Assembly: GCA_902539115.1 (NCBI GenBank)
Contig: CACBHP010000003.1
Coordinates: forward strand, 22,694 to 86,693
Source: an uncultured Prochlorococcus sp.
GTDB taxonomy: Bacteria; Cyanobacteriota; Cyanobacteriia; PCC-6307; Cyanobiaceae
Direction of reading: 5' to 3'
Length of the DNA stretch: 64,000 nt
Part shown: one piece after another, positions 54,291 through 64,000 of the stretch
Position numbering within the stretch: position 1 is the first letter of the stretch
Layout: each line of letters starts with the position of its first letter
The notes under the pieces: model-generated
The model's database searches: none
Told to the model about the DNA's origin: nothing
Seen by the model: the letters and a program-made list of their open reading frames with translations, nothing else
Made by a program: the position numbers and the translations under genes

Positions 54291-55970
54291 TTACGCAGCA
54301 GCACGATCAATAAGTTTAGAAGCATATTCGTTTACTTCGAAAGAATCTCCACCTATAAGTTCTATTAATTCATTTTTTCTTTGATTTTTTGTAGTTAATT
54401 TTGCAATTGAAGTATAAGTTATTCCGTTAATTACGTTTTTATTAACTTTAAAATGAGTTACTCCCCTAGCAGCTAAGAAAGGCTGGTGTGTGATACATAA
54501 AACTTGTTGATTTTTAGAAATTTCTTTTATAAGCTCAACCAAAGAAAATAGAGATTTACCACTTAAACCACTATCAATTTCATCTAAAAAGAAAGTATTG
54601 GGTTTTTTAGAAATACTAGATTTTATAGCTAACAAGAATCTTGACATTTCTCCACCAGAAATAACATTTGATAATGGAGCAAGATTCTGATCAGGATTAG
54701 CAGAAAACAAAAAATTTATTTCATCAATTCCATCGCCAGAAGGCTTGCATTCAGAAAATTGAATTGCAAAATTTGCATTTTCTAAACCTAGATTGCTTAA
54801 AATCGACATTACTGAATTTTGTAACTGTTTAGCAATTTTTTTTCTTTCAGTAGATTGAATAACAAATAAAGAATTTAAATTACTTTGTAAATTATCAATT
54901 TGAGCTTGAATCCTGCAAATCTCATTACTTTGCTCATTCTGTTGAAAATACGTCTTTAATTGATCGCGCTTTTCAATTAATTGAGTTAAGTCTAATGAAA
55001 AAGTTCTCTCTAAATTTTTTAAAAAGAATAATCTTTTCTGTATTTCTGGAAGATTAGATTCATAATTTTCTATTTCTTGCAAATATAAATTTAGATCAAA
55101 AATTAAATCTTCAACATCAGCATGAATATCTAATAACTTCTCTCTAAATTTTTGAATCTTTAAATCGAAATCTGCTGTTTTATTTAAATTCTTTATTGAT
55201 TGATTTAGCAAAAAAGTTACTGAAGGCTCATCATGACTGAAATTATTTATATTTTCTAATGATGATTTAATTGAATTATTAATTTCTAGATTATTTACAA
55301 GTTTATTTTCTAGTAACTCTAATTCTAAAATTTCTTCACTGGAATTTAAATCAGCCTCTTCTAAACTCTTCAACATGTTTTTAATTGCCAAGTTTTTTTC
55401 TTCCTGAATCCTAGAAAATTCTATTTTTTCATCCATTAAGTCTTTTAAAACTTTAGTTTCTCCCCATATAGTTTTTATCCTTTCGCTATTATCTCGAAAT
55501 TCTTGGGAACATAAGTCATCAATAATTAATCTTCTCTTATCTGAAGAATCAAAGATGAAAGTGTCAGATTGGCCTGCAAAATCTATTAAAAAAAATCCAA
55601 GTTTTTCTAATGATTGTTTATTAATTGGTAAATCATTAAGGCTATATTTGGATAAGATTTTATTATTTTTTTTATAAGATTTTCTTTTAATTTGTAGTTC
55701 TGAAGGAGTTATTTGAAAACCATTACTAATTAACCAATTATTAATTTGAGAAGAAGAAGAAAATATCGCCTCAATAACACAAAAATCTTTTCCTGGACGT
55801 ATTAAATGTTTTAGAGGTATATTAGTTCCACCAAATAAAGCATTTAGGGAATCCAAAATTAATGATTTTCCTGAACCTGAATCCCCAGTTATGATATTCA
55901 AACCTTTTTCGAAATTAATTTCTATAATTTCTATTAGGGCAATGTTTTTTATTTTTAGTTGTATCAACAT
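54291..55970 (-). CDS. recN: DNA repair protein RecN
   Basis: TGDSGSGKS, a coiled coil, SGGEMSRFLL, DEIDSG and CITHQP. Confidence 0.92.
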   Translation of the reverse strand: MLIQLKIKNIALIEIIEINFEKGLNIITGDSGSGKSLILDSLNALFGGTNIPLKHLIRPGKDFCVIEAIFSSSSQINNWLISNGFQITPSELQIKRKSYKKNNKILSKYSLNDLPINKQSLEKLGFFLIDFAGQSDTFIFDSSDKRRLIIDDLCSQEFRDNSERIKTIWGETKVLKDLMDEKIEFSRIQEEKNLAIKNMLKSLEEADLNSSEEILELELLENKLVNNLEINNSIKSSLENINNFSHDEPSVTFLLNQSIKNLNKTADFDLKIQKFREKLLDIHADVEDLIFDLNLYLQEIENYESNLPEIQKRLFFLKNLERTFSLDLTQLIEKRDQLKTYFQQNEQSNEICRIQAQIDNLQSNLNSLFVIQSTERKKIAKQLQNSVMSILSNLGLENANFAIQFSECKPSGDGIDEINFLFSANPDQNLAPLSNVISGGEMSRFLLAIKSSISKKPNTFFLDEIDSGLSGKSLFSLVELIKEISKNQQVLCITHQPFLAARGVTHFKVNKNVINGITYTSIAKLTTKNQRKNELIELIGGDSFEVNEYASKLIDRAAA

Positions 55971-56038
55971 GATAAATCTTCCTTATAAAAAAATTAACTT
56001 CTTTTTTAAAAAAATAAAGGTTTTAAATATATAAAGTT

Positions 56039-57895
56039 ATGAAAGAAGATTTTACTGATTTTATTGAGGTATCTGGACTCTTAAATTACGATCCAGATAC
56101 AATTTCTAAAATTTACAAAAAAAATCCTAAAAGACTTTTAAAAAGACTTTGGCAAACACTCATACCTATTTTTGCTTACATCTTCTCCGTGGGATGGGAT
56201 AAATTAACTGGAAGATTGAAAAATGAACAGCAAGCAAGGTTTAGAGCACGAGAATTAACAAATTTATTAGTAGAACTTGGGCCTGCATTTGTTAAGGCAG
56301 GCCAAGCTTTATCAACAAGACCAGATATAATCCCAGGGATTCTTCTAGAAGAATTATCTGAATTGCAAGATCAACTCCCTGGGTTTGATGGCAATAAAGC
56401 TATGGAGTTAATAGAAGAAGATTTAGGATACAAAATAAATGAGATTTTTTTAGAAATTGATAAAGAGCCAATTTCCGCTGCCTCTTTAGGGCAAGTACAT
56501 AAAGCTAAATTAAAAAACGAAGAGATCGTTGCAATAAAAGTTCAAAGGCCAGGATTGAGAGAACAAATAACCTTAGATCTATACATAGTTAGAAATATTG
56601 CTTATTGGCTAAAAAACAATATCAGATTAATAAGAAGTGATCTAGTTGCTTTGATTGATGAGTTAGGCAAGAGAGTTTTTGAAGAGATGGATTATTTAAA
56701 CGAAGCTGCAAATGCAGAAAAATTTAGAGATATGCATAAACATAACAAAATGATTGCCGTACCAAAAATTTATAAAGAAATAACTTCAAGAAGAGTATTA
56801 GCAATGGAATGGATAGACGGTACAAAATTAACAAATTTAGAAGACGTAAAAAATTTAGGAATTAATCCTGATGAAATGATTGATATAGGAGTGCAATGCA
56901 GTTTAGAACAGCTTTTAGAACATGGTTTTTTTCATGCAGACCCACATCCAGGTAATTTATTAGCCTTAGAAGATGGAAGATTATGTTATCTAGATTTTGG
57001 AATGATGAGCGAGGTTTCCAGAGAATCTAGATCAGGATTAATTCAAGCAGTAGTACATTTAGTAAATAAAAACTTCGATAAATTGTCTCAAGATTTCGTA
57101 AAATTAGGATTTTTATCAGAGGAAGTTAATCTAGAACCCATTGTTCCAGCATTTCAAGATGTTTTTATTAACGCCGTTGAACAAGGAGTTTCGAAAATGG
57201 ATTTTAAGAGCGTTACTGATGATATGTCTGGTGTTATGTATAAATTCCCTTTCAGACTACCCCCTTATTATGCTCTTATAATTAGATCATTACTTACACT
57301 AGAAGGAATAGCTTTAAGCGTAGATCCAAACTTCAAAATATTAGGCGCGGCTTATCCATATTTTGCAAGAAGATTAATGGAAGATCCTGATCCGCAATTA
57401 AGGGAAAGCCTTAAAGAAATGCTTTTTGATAATAAAAAATTTAAATGGGACCGTTTAGAAGACCTGCTTTCTAACGCTGCAAAGCAAACGAATCTCGATT
57501 TAGAAAAACTTTTAGACGAAGTTATAAATCTTCTGTTTTCTGCAAATGGAGGATTTCTTAGAAATGAGATAGTCGAAGGTTTAACAAATCAGATAGATTT
57601 GCTTAGTCTAAAAATATTGAAAAGTTTGAATAATTATCTTCCACAATCAATTAAATTAAATACTATTAACGAAAATAACAACTTGAATGACCTTATAATG
57701 TATGTGGATCCATTGAGAAACTTTTTAGAGATTTTACAAAAAGTACCCGGGTATTCAATTGACATTTTTCTAAAAAGGGTTCCAAGACTTATAAATGAAC
57801 CCTATACAAAAGAAATGGGTATAAAAATTGCAAAAAAAGTAACTGAAAAAGGAGTAGTAAGACTTGTTAAGATTGCCGCTGGTGCAAATATCTAA
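56039..57895 (+). CDS. ABC1/UbiB/AarF family atypical kinase
   Basis: LGPAFVKAGQ, AASLGQV, AIKVQRP, FFHADPHPGN and LDFGMM. Confidence 0.92.
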   Translation: MKEDFTDFIEVSGLLNYDPDTISKIYKKNPKRLLKRLWQTLIPIFAYIFSVGWDKLTGRLKNEQQARFRARELTNLLVELGPAFVKAGQALSTRPDIIPGILLEELSELQDQLPGFDGNKAMELIEEDLGYKINEIFLEIDKEPISAASLGQVHKAKLKNEEIVAIKVQRPGLREQITLDLYIVRNIAYWLKNNIRLIRSDLVALIDELGKRVFEEMDYLNEAANAEKFRDMHKHNKMIAVPKIYKEITSRRVLAMEWIDGTKLTNLEDVKNLGINPDEMIDIGVQCSLEQLLEHGFFHADPHPGNLLALEDGRLCYLDFGMMSEVSRESRSGLIQAVVHLVNKNFDKLSQDFVKLGFLSEEVNLEPIVPAFQDVFINAVEQGVSKMDFKSVTDDMSGVMYKFPFRLPPYYALIIRSLLTLEGIALSVDPNFKILGAAYPYFARRLMEDPDPQLRESLKEMLFDNKKFKWDRLEDLLSNAAKQTNLDLEKLLDEVINLLFSANGGFLRNEIVEGLTNQIDLLSLKILKSLNNYLPQSIKLNTINENNNLNDLIMYVDPLRNFLEILQKVPGYSIDIFLKRVPRLINEPYTKEMGIKIAKKVTEKGVVRLVKIAAGANI

Positions 57896-58468
57896 ATGAA
57901 GTTTAGTAAATTTTTAATATTTAAAACATTTTTTATTTTAGTAATTTCTTCATCAATTTTAAATATTCCAAAAGCTAATACTGCTGAAGAAATTAAGATC
58001 ACATACAGCATATTTTCTAGAACAATTAAAATGAAATCTTTAAAAATTTTTGCTAAAGAAGGTAAATCCACACGAAAGTTAAAGAGAATTTTAAAATCTA
58101 CCGGGTCTCCCAATGAAGAAATTAGAACAGTTTTAAATAAAGATTTTGAAGTTCCTATTACCATTGCAAGCAAACTTGTATACTCTGAAATAGGAGATGT
58201 TTTTTTAACAAGACTTTCATCTATTATCCACCCACCCAGAGCAACTGATGAAAGAACAGGTATGCTAGCCCTTAGAGCAAGCGTTATTCAAGGTATTAAC
58301 ATAGGAAATGGAAAAATAAATCTAATAAATTTTTTTGAAGGATATCCAACTAAAACTGTAATTTTAGATGTAAGCGCTTTAAGCAAAGTTATGAATAAAG
58401 TAGAATCGATTTCAGAATTATTAACCTTTTTCACCAATTCCCCTTTAGAAAAAATCAAAACAAATTAA
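57896..58468 (+). CDS. DUF1400-like periplasmic or secreted protein
   Basis: Signal-peptide-like N-terminus followed by AEEIKITY; ALRASV and FFEGYP. Confidence 0.7.
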   Translation: MKFSKFLIFKTFFILVISSSILNIPKANTAEEIKITYSIFSRTIKMKSLKIFAKEGKSTRKLKRILKSTGSPNEEIRTVLNKDFEVPITIASKLVYSEIGDVFLTRLSSIIHPPRATDERTGMLALRASVIQGINIGNGKINLINFFEGYPTKTVILDVSALSKVMNKVESISELLTFFTNSPLEKIKTN

Positions 58469-58474
58469 ACAGCC

Positions 58475-59578
58475 ATGGTGTTATTAAATAAAATCAAAAA
58501 TAAACTACGATTTAATTATAGAAAAAAAAGATGGCCAGGCCTTATAGAAGCTTATAAACAATATCTCCCAGTTACAAAGAAAACTCCTATTATTTCTCTC
58601 AATGAAGGAAATACTCCACTTATTTTAAGCGAGTCAATTAGCAACTTAATTGGAAATGGAACAAAAGTTTTTTTAAAATATGATGGGCTTAATCCAACAG
58701 GATCTTTTAAAGATCGTGGTATGACTATGGCAATTAGCAAAGCAAAAGAAGAAGGCCGTGAAGCAGTTATTTGTGCAAGTACTGGAAATACCTCTGCTGC
58801 TGCTGCTGCATATGCTTCGAGAGGAGGATTAAAACCTTATGTTCTAATACCAGAGGGATTTGTTGCACAAGGAAAGCTTGCGCAAGCATTAATGTATGGC
58901 GCTGAAATAATATCTATTAATGGAAACTTTGATAAGGCTCTTGAAATTGTTAGAGATTTATCCTCAGAACATCCAATAGAGCTTGTCAATTCTGTTAATC
59001 CATTTCGAATACAAGGACAAAAAACAGCAGCTTTTGAAATAGTTGATGACTTAGGTCATGCTCCTGATTGGCTTTGTATTCCAATGGGCAATGCAGGAAA
59101 TATAACTGCTTATTGGATGGGATTTAAAGAATATTCAAAAATAAAAAGAAATTTAAAATTACCAATAATGATGGGGTTTCAATCCGAAGGCTCTGCTCCA
59201 TTAGTAAAAAATATAATAGTTAAAGATCCAGAAACAATTGCAACTGCAATAAGAATTGGAAATCCTGTAAATAGAGAAAAAGCAAAAAAAGTAAGAAAGG
59301 AGAGTAAAGGAGATTTTCAGTCAGTTACAGATGGAGAAATAGTAGATGCTTATAAAATCCTTGCCAAAGAGGGAGTTTTTTGTGAACCTGCCAGTGCAGC
59401 ATCAGTTGCTGGACTGATTAAAAATAGAAATAGAGTTCAGAAAGAATCGACTATTGTTTGTGTTCTGACTGGAAATGGCTTAAAAGATCCTGATTGCGCT
59501 ATAAAAAACAACGATGCTATTTTTAGAAAAAATATTGAACCTTCATTAAAAAATATAACTAAAATCTTAGGATATTAA
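58475..59578 (+). CDS. thrC: threonine synthase
   Basis: [24 protein letters not shown] and LTGNGLKD. Confidence 0.96.
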   Translation: MVLLNKIKNKLRFNYRKKRWPGLIEAYKQYLPVTKKTPIISLNEGNTPLILSESISNLIGNGTKVFLKYDGLNPTGSFKDRGMTMAISKAKEEGREAVICASTGNTSAAAAAYASRGGLKPYVLIPEGFVAQGKLAQALMYGAEIISINGNFDKALEIVRDLSSEHPIELVNSVNPFRIQGQKTAAFEIVDDLGHAPDWLCIPMGNAGNITAYWMGFKEYSKIKRNLKLPIMMGFQSEGSAPLVKNIIVKDPETIATAIRIGNPVNREKAKKVRKESKGDFQSVTDGEIVDAYKILAKEGVFCEPASAASVAGLIKNRNRVQKESTIVCVLTGNGLKDPDCAIKNNDAIFRKNIEPSLKNITKILGY

Positions 59579-59915
59579 GATCCAAAAAAAATAGTGTCTG
59601 TGGAAATCAATTAAAAACAAACCTCATTTGTTGAAAAAAACATAATAAGAAATTCTATTTGTTGAATAAATTTTAAATTTACGAAAAAAGAAAAAAATAT
59701 TAAACAAATAAAAAAATTTTTTCACATATTTTTTTCTTCGCAAACTAAGTAGACAAGCTATTTATTTGAAGAATTCCACAGTTCCCACAAGAACTACTAC
59801 TACTAAAGTTTTTATTTTATTAATTATTTTTATATTAGAAAAAAGTAAAAAATAAATTTATTGAATTTAATTTACGAAAAAAGTATATTGTATTTGTAAA
59901 AAGTTCCAAATTCTG
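59579..59915. other. chromosomal replication origin oriC
   Basis: Largest and most AT-rich spacer, just upstream of dnaN. DnaA-box-like 9-mers at 59599, 59629, 59660, 59718, 59772 and 59781; (CTA)4 at 59794-59805, followed by an A/T tract. Confidence 0.8.
59676..59883 (+). repeat. 15-bp exact direct repeat AATTTACGAAAAAAG (59676-59690 and 59869-59883)
   Basis: Both copies read directly from the sequence. Confidence 0.7.
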
Positions 59916-61073
59916 ATGGAAATTATTTGTAATCAAAATGAATTAAATAATGCTATACAACTAGTAAGCAAGGCAGTTGCTTCAAGGCCAACGCACCCAA
60001 TTCTGGCAAACATACTTTTAACAGCCGACGAAGGAACTAATAAAATTAGCGTTACAGGATTTGATTTGAATTTAGGAATTCAAACTTCTTTTGATGGAAA
60101 TGTTAAAAATAGTGGAGCTATTACTATACCTTCAAAACTTTTATCCGAAATAGTAAACAAATTACCTAATGAAACTCCTGTTTCTCTAGTAGTAGACGAG
60201 AATTCAGATAATATCCTAATAAAAAGTGATAGAGGTTCTTTTAATCTAAAAGGGATTCCATCTGATGAATACCCTAATTTACCATTTGTTGAAAGCGGTA
60301 CTTCTTTGAATATTGATCCTAGTTCTTTTTTAAAGGCTTTAAAATCTACCATTTTTGCCAGTAGTAATGATGATTCAAAGCAACTACTCACAGGTGTCAA
60401 TTTTACCTTCAAACCAAATTATTTAGAGTCTGCTTCTACAGATGGCCATAGATTGGCTGTTGCTTTAATTGGTAATGAAGAACATATTGAAAATAAAGAA
60501 AACTTATCTTCAAATGTTGATGATTTATCAGTAACTATCCCAACTAAATCATTAAGAGAAATTGAAAAACTAGTATCTTTGAGAAGCTCAGAAAATTCAA
60601 TTAAGCTTTTCTATGACAAAGGTCAAGTAGTATTTATATCTTCTAATCAAATAATTACTACAAGAACTTTAGAAGGTACTTATCCTAATTATTCACAATT
60701 AATTCCTGATTCTTTTTCTAAAATTCTAAATTTTAATACAAAAAAATTAATTGATGCATTGGAAAGAATTGCTGTTTTGGCTGATCAGCAAAGTAGTGTT
60801 GTAAAGATTAAAATAGATGATACAGATTTAGCTTCAATCAGCGCAGACGCTCAAGATATTGGAAATGCAAATGAATCAATACCTGTTGCTTATTCTGGAG
60901 AAAATTTTGATATTGCATTTAACGTAAGATATCTATTAGAAGGTTTAAAAGTTATTGCTTCTGAAAATGTACTTTTAAAGTGTAATATCGCAACTACTCC
61001 AGCTGTTTTTGTACCAGAAGATAATCTTAATACTTTTACTTATTTAGTTATGCCTGTTCAGGTTCGTTCTTAA
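59916..61073 (+). CDS. dnaN: DNA polymerase III beta sliding clamp
   Basis: HPILAN, ASTDGHRL, EGTYPNY, AFNVRYL and YLVMPV. Confidence 0.97.
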   Translation: MEIICNQNELNNAIQLVSKAVASRPTHPILANILLTADEGTNKISVTGFDLNLGIQTSFDGNVKNSGAITIPSKLLSEIVNKLPNETPVSLVVDENSDNILIKSDRGSFNLKGIPSDEYPNLPFVESGTSLNIDPSSFLKALKSTIFASSNDDSKQLLTGVNFTFKPNYLESASTDGHRLAVALIGNEEHIENKENLSSNVDDLSVTIPTKSLREIEKLVSLRSSENSIKLFYDKGQVVFISSNQIITTRTLEGTYPNYSQLIPDSFSKILNFNTKKLIDALERIAVLADQQSSVVKIKIDDTDLASISADAQDIGNANESIPVAYSGENFDIAFNVRYLLEGLKVIASENVLLKCNIATTPAVFVPEDNLNTFTYLVMPVQVRS

Positions 61074-61074
61074 T

Positions 61075-61782
61075 TTGAAATTACCTAAAGAAATCTTATT
61101 AAGTGAATTATTAAATTATAGTGTTAAGGGTAATATGGTCCTTAATTATGGAGATGGTGAAAATGTTTGGATGCACCCTCCAGTTCACCGCATTCTAGGA
61201 TGGTACTCTCGTCCTTCAAATTTTGATTTAAAAAGAAATGTTTGGCGATTAAATCAAATTACTCAAATAATAGATAATGAAATTTATGTTAAAGGTGAGC
61301 CAGCTATTTCGGATTTAGCAACTTTAAATAGGTTCCCAACTTTAATAGAAGCTAATCTTATAAATATTAAAGGATCAAAAATAGGAGTCATTGCAGATTT
61401 TTTATTTGAAGTGAAAACGGGAAAAATTAAATATTACTTAGTTTCTAGATCTAATCCTAAGATTCCAGGTTCTAGTAGATGGAAATTAACTATTGATAAT
61501 ATCAATGACCAACAACCGGGATTGGTATTTTGTGAAAGTAATTCTTTAGATGATTTATCTTTAATAAAATCAAGTATCAAAAATGAATTTATGCAAAAAG
61601 GAAAAAGAATTTTTGATAGATTTGATGATATGAAAAATATTGCTTCTAATAGATTAGAGGAATGGCTTGAAGAAGATGAAGATATTAGCCAAAACTTAGA
61701 TTTTAAACAAAAAAGTTTTTATAATAATGAAAGAACATCTATACCGTTTAGTGAAAAAAAAGAAGATGACCCTTGGATATAA
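61075..61782 (+). CDS. hypothetical protein with a PRC-barrel-like domain
   Basis: GSKIGVIADFLFEVKTGKIKYYLV fits a PRC-barrel pattern; acidic tail DDPWI. Confidence 0.75.
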   Translation: MKLPKEILLSELLNYSVKGNMVLNYGDGENVWMHPPVHRILGWYSRPSNFDLKRNVWRLNQITQIIDNEIYVKGEPAISDLATLNRFPTLIEANLINIKGSKIGVIADFLFEVKTGKIKYYLVSRSNPKIPGSSRWKLTIDNINDQQPGLVFCESNSLDDLSLIKSSIKNEFMQKGKRIFDRFDDMKNIASNRLEEWLEEDEDISQNLDFKQKSFYNNERTSIPFSEKKEDDPWI

Positions 61783-61785
61783 ATA

Positions 61786-64000
61786 ATGATAAATCAAGAA
61801 AATAATGATCTATATGATCTTAATGAAGCATTAAAAGTTGAAAATTTATCACTTAATGATTACGAAGAAATTTGCAAAAGATTAAAGAGAAAACCTAATA
61901 GAACGGAATTAGGCATGTTTGGCGTTATGTGGTCTGAACATTGTTGTTATAGAAATTCAAAACCTTTACTATCTAGGTTTCCCACTAAAGGTAAAAATGT
62001 TTTAGTTGGACCTGGAGAAAATGCTGGCGTTATTGATGTTGGAAATAATCAAAAACTTGTTTTTAAAATAGAAAGTCATAATCATCCTTCTGCTATTGAA
62101 CCTTTTCAAGGCGCAGCAACAGGTGTAGGAGGGATTTTAAGAGATATATTTACAATGGGTGCAAGGCCAATTGCAGTCTTGAATTCATTGAGATTCGGCA
62201 ATCTTGATAAATCATCAAATGTTGATTTACTACGCGGAGTTGTATCCGGTATTGCACATTATGGAAATTGCGTAGGTGTTCCGACTGTTGGAGGTGAAAT
62301 TGACTTTGATAATAGTTACTCTGGAAATCCTCTAGTGAATGTGATGGCTTTAGGACTTTTAGAGACCGAGGAAATCGTTTGTTCTGGAGCTAAAAATGTA
62401 GGATCACCAGTGTTATATGTTGGCAATACAACTGGCAGAGATGGTGTTGGTGGTGCTAGTTTTGCCAGCTCAGAATTAACTACAACTTCATTGGATGATA
62501 GACCTGCAGTTCAGGTAGGTGATCCATTCGTTGAAAAAAGTCTAATTGAAGCTTGTTTGGATGCTTTCAAGACAGGGGATGTAATTGCAGCTCAAGATAT
62601 GGGTGCTGCAGGTTTAACATGCAGTAGTGCAGAAATGGCCGCAAATGGAAATGTAGGGATATCTATTAATTTAGATTTGGTTCCTTCTAGAGAAGATGAT
62701 ATGTCCTCATACCAATATTTATTATCTGAATCACAAGAAAGAATGTTGTTTGTCGTTAAGGAAGAAAAAATTAATGATCTTATTGAAAAATTTAATAAAT
62801 GGGGATTATATGCCAGTATCATTGGTGAAGTGATAGGAACTAAGGAGGTAATTATTTCTCATAAAGGTGAAATTGTGGCTCAAATACCTACTTCTGCCTT
62901 ATCCGATGATACTCCTGTAAATTTTCACAATGTTATTAATAATCCACCAGATGATCTTCTAAATAAGTGGGAATGGAAAGAAAATGATTTACCAGAAATT
63001 CATGAGCAAAAAATATTTTCATTGAAGGAAAATAAAAATTTTTATTTTTCAGAAATTATCTTAAAACTAATCTCTAATCCATCAATAGCTTCTAAACGAT
63101 GGATTTATAAACAATATGACTCTCAAGTACAAGCAAATACAGTATTTACACCTGGAAAATCAGATGCAGCCGTAGTAAGACTAAGGGAACAAAATAAAAA
63201 AAATAAAAGTAAAGTATTTTCTGGTGTTGCTGCTTCAGTTGATTGCAATAGTAGATGGGTTGCACTTGATCCTTATAGAGGATCTATCGCCGCCGTTGCA
63301 GAGTCCGCTAGAAATGTTAGTTGTGTTGGTGCTGAACCAGTAGCTATTACAAATAATTTAAATTTTTCTTCTCCTGAGAGTGAAATAGGATATTGGCAAC
63401 TCTCATCTTCATGTAATGGAATTGCTGAAGCCTGTAAAGCTCTAGAAACTCCTGTAACAGGAGGTAATGTATCTTTATATAATGAATCAAAAAATAAAGA
63501 TAATCTAATTACTCCTATCAATCCTACTCCTGTTATTGGAATGGTTGGAAAGATGGATAATGTTGAAAAAGCCATAAGTAGTGAATGGAAAAATATTGAA
63601 GATCAAATTTGGTTAATTGGTTCTTCCAAATCAGAAATAAAAATTGCAGCTAGTTCTTATTTGGAATATTTTCATGGAGAAATTACAGGTCGACCCCCAA
63701 AAATAGATTTGTTGGATGAAAAGTTTTGCCAGAGTTTTTTAAGAAATGCGATTTTAAATAGTCTTGTAGCTTCTTCTCACGATATAAGCGATGGAGGTTT
63801 AGCTATAGCTTTAGCAGAGTCTTGTATTTTGTCCGAAAGGGGCGCAACTATAGAATTAGAGAAAGATTTAAATAGAGTTGATAATTTATTGTTTGCCGAA
63901 GGAGGGTCAAGAATTATTTTTTCAATTAGTAAAATGAAACATCATGAATGGCTTAATTATTTAAAACAAAATCAAATAAATTTTCCATCAAGTGTTTACG
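61786..64000 (+). CDS. purL: phosphoribosylformylglycinamidine synthase subunit PurL (runs off the window end; absent from the ORF track)
   Basis: ATG at 61786. Hand translation gives [38 protein letters not shown] and QDMGAAG. Confidence 0.96.
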   Translation, partial: MINQENNDLYDLNEALKVENLSLNDYEEICKRLKRKPNRTELGMFGVMWSEHCCYRNSKPLLSRFPTKGKNVLVGPGENAGVIDVGNNQKLVFKIESHNHPSAIEPFQGAATGVGGILRDIFTMGARPIAVLNSLRFGNLDKSSNVDLLRGVVSGIAHYGNCVGVPTVGGEIDFDNSYSGNPLVNVMALGLLETEEIVCSGAKNVGSPVLYVGNTTGRDGVGGASFASSELTTTSLDDRPAVQVGDPFVEKSLIEACLDAFKTGDVIAAQDMGAAGLTCSSAEMAANGNVGISINLDLVPSREDDMSSYQYLLSESQERMLFVVKEEKINDLIEKFNKWGLYASIIGEVIGTKEVIISHKGEIVAQIPTSALSDDTPVNFHNVINNPPDDLLNKWEWKENDLPEIHEQKIFSLKENKNFYFSEIILKLISNPSIASKRWIYKQYDSQVQANTVFTPGKSDAAVVRLREQNKKNKSKVFSGVAASVDCNSRWVALDPYRGSIAAVAESARNVSCVGAEPVAITNNLNFSSPESEIGYWQLSSSCNGIAEACKALETPVTGGNVSLYNESKNKDNLITPINPTPVIGMVGKMDNVEKAISSEWKNIEDQIWLIGSSKSEIKIAASSYLEYFHGEITGRPPKIDLLDEKFCQSFLRNAILNSLVASSHDISDGGLAIALAESCILSERGATIELEKDLNRVDNLLFAEGGSRIIFSISKMKHHEWLNYLKQNQINFPSSVY

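Noticed and set aside
58795-58810. (TGC)n microsatellite in thrC
   Set aside because: It encodes the normal SAAAAAY segment of threonine synthase.

Overview
AT-rich, gene-dense core chromosome of a marine picocyanobacterium. Gene content, gene order and very short intergenic spacers point to a high-light Prochlorococcus; this is an inference from recalled synteny, and no database search was run. The window spans the replication origin (thrC - oriC - dnaN - PRC-barrel gene - purL). It carries housekeeping genes: sqdX, gcvP/H/T, a delta-9 desaturase, rplI-dnaB-mnmG, valS with tRNA-Val(TAC), mazG-speE-speB, aspS, pyrG-queE-queC-pabB-pabC, cobA, ppk1, a group-2 sigma factor, aroG, acnB, a ClC protein, purU, dnaK, aroE, rpsF, argG, mraY, sps, uvrA and recN. 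I see no prophage, IS, CRISPR or genomic island, and nothing I can firmly call a new multi-gene system. The best leads are: (1) an uncharacterised XRE-HTH-like protein heading the gcvH/gcvP run and divergent from the desaturase, with operator-like repeats in the 75-bp spacer; (2) a T4-gp30-like ATP-dependent DNA ligase in core genes next to a SprT protease; (3) an oriC with tandem DnaA boxes, DnaA-trios and a 15-bp direct repeat; (4) a 50-aa ORF missing from the track, behind a Fur-like box; (5) candidate leader RNAs or regulatory boxes before rpsF, sps and dnaK. Four genes (MFS, ppk1, acnB, argG) are split exactly at homopolymer runs, most likely by sequencing errors.
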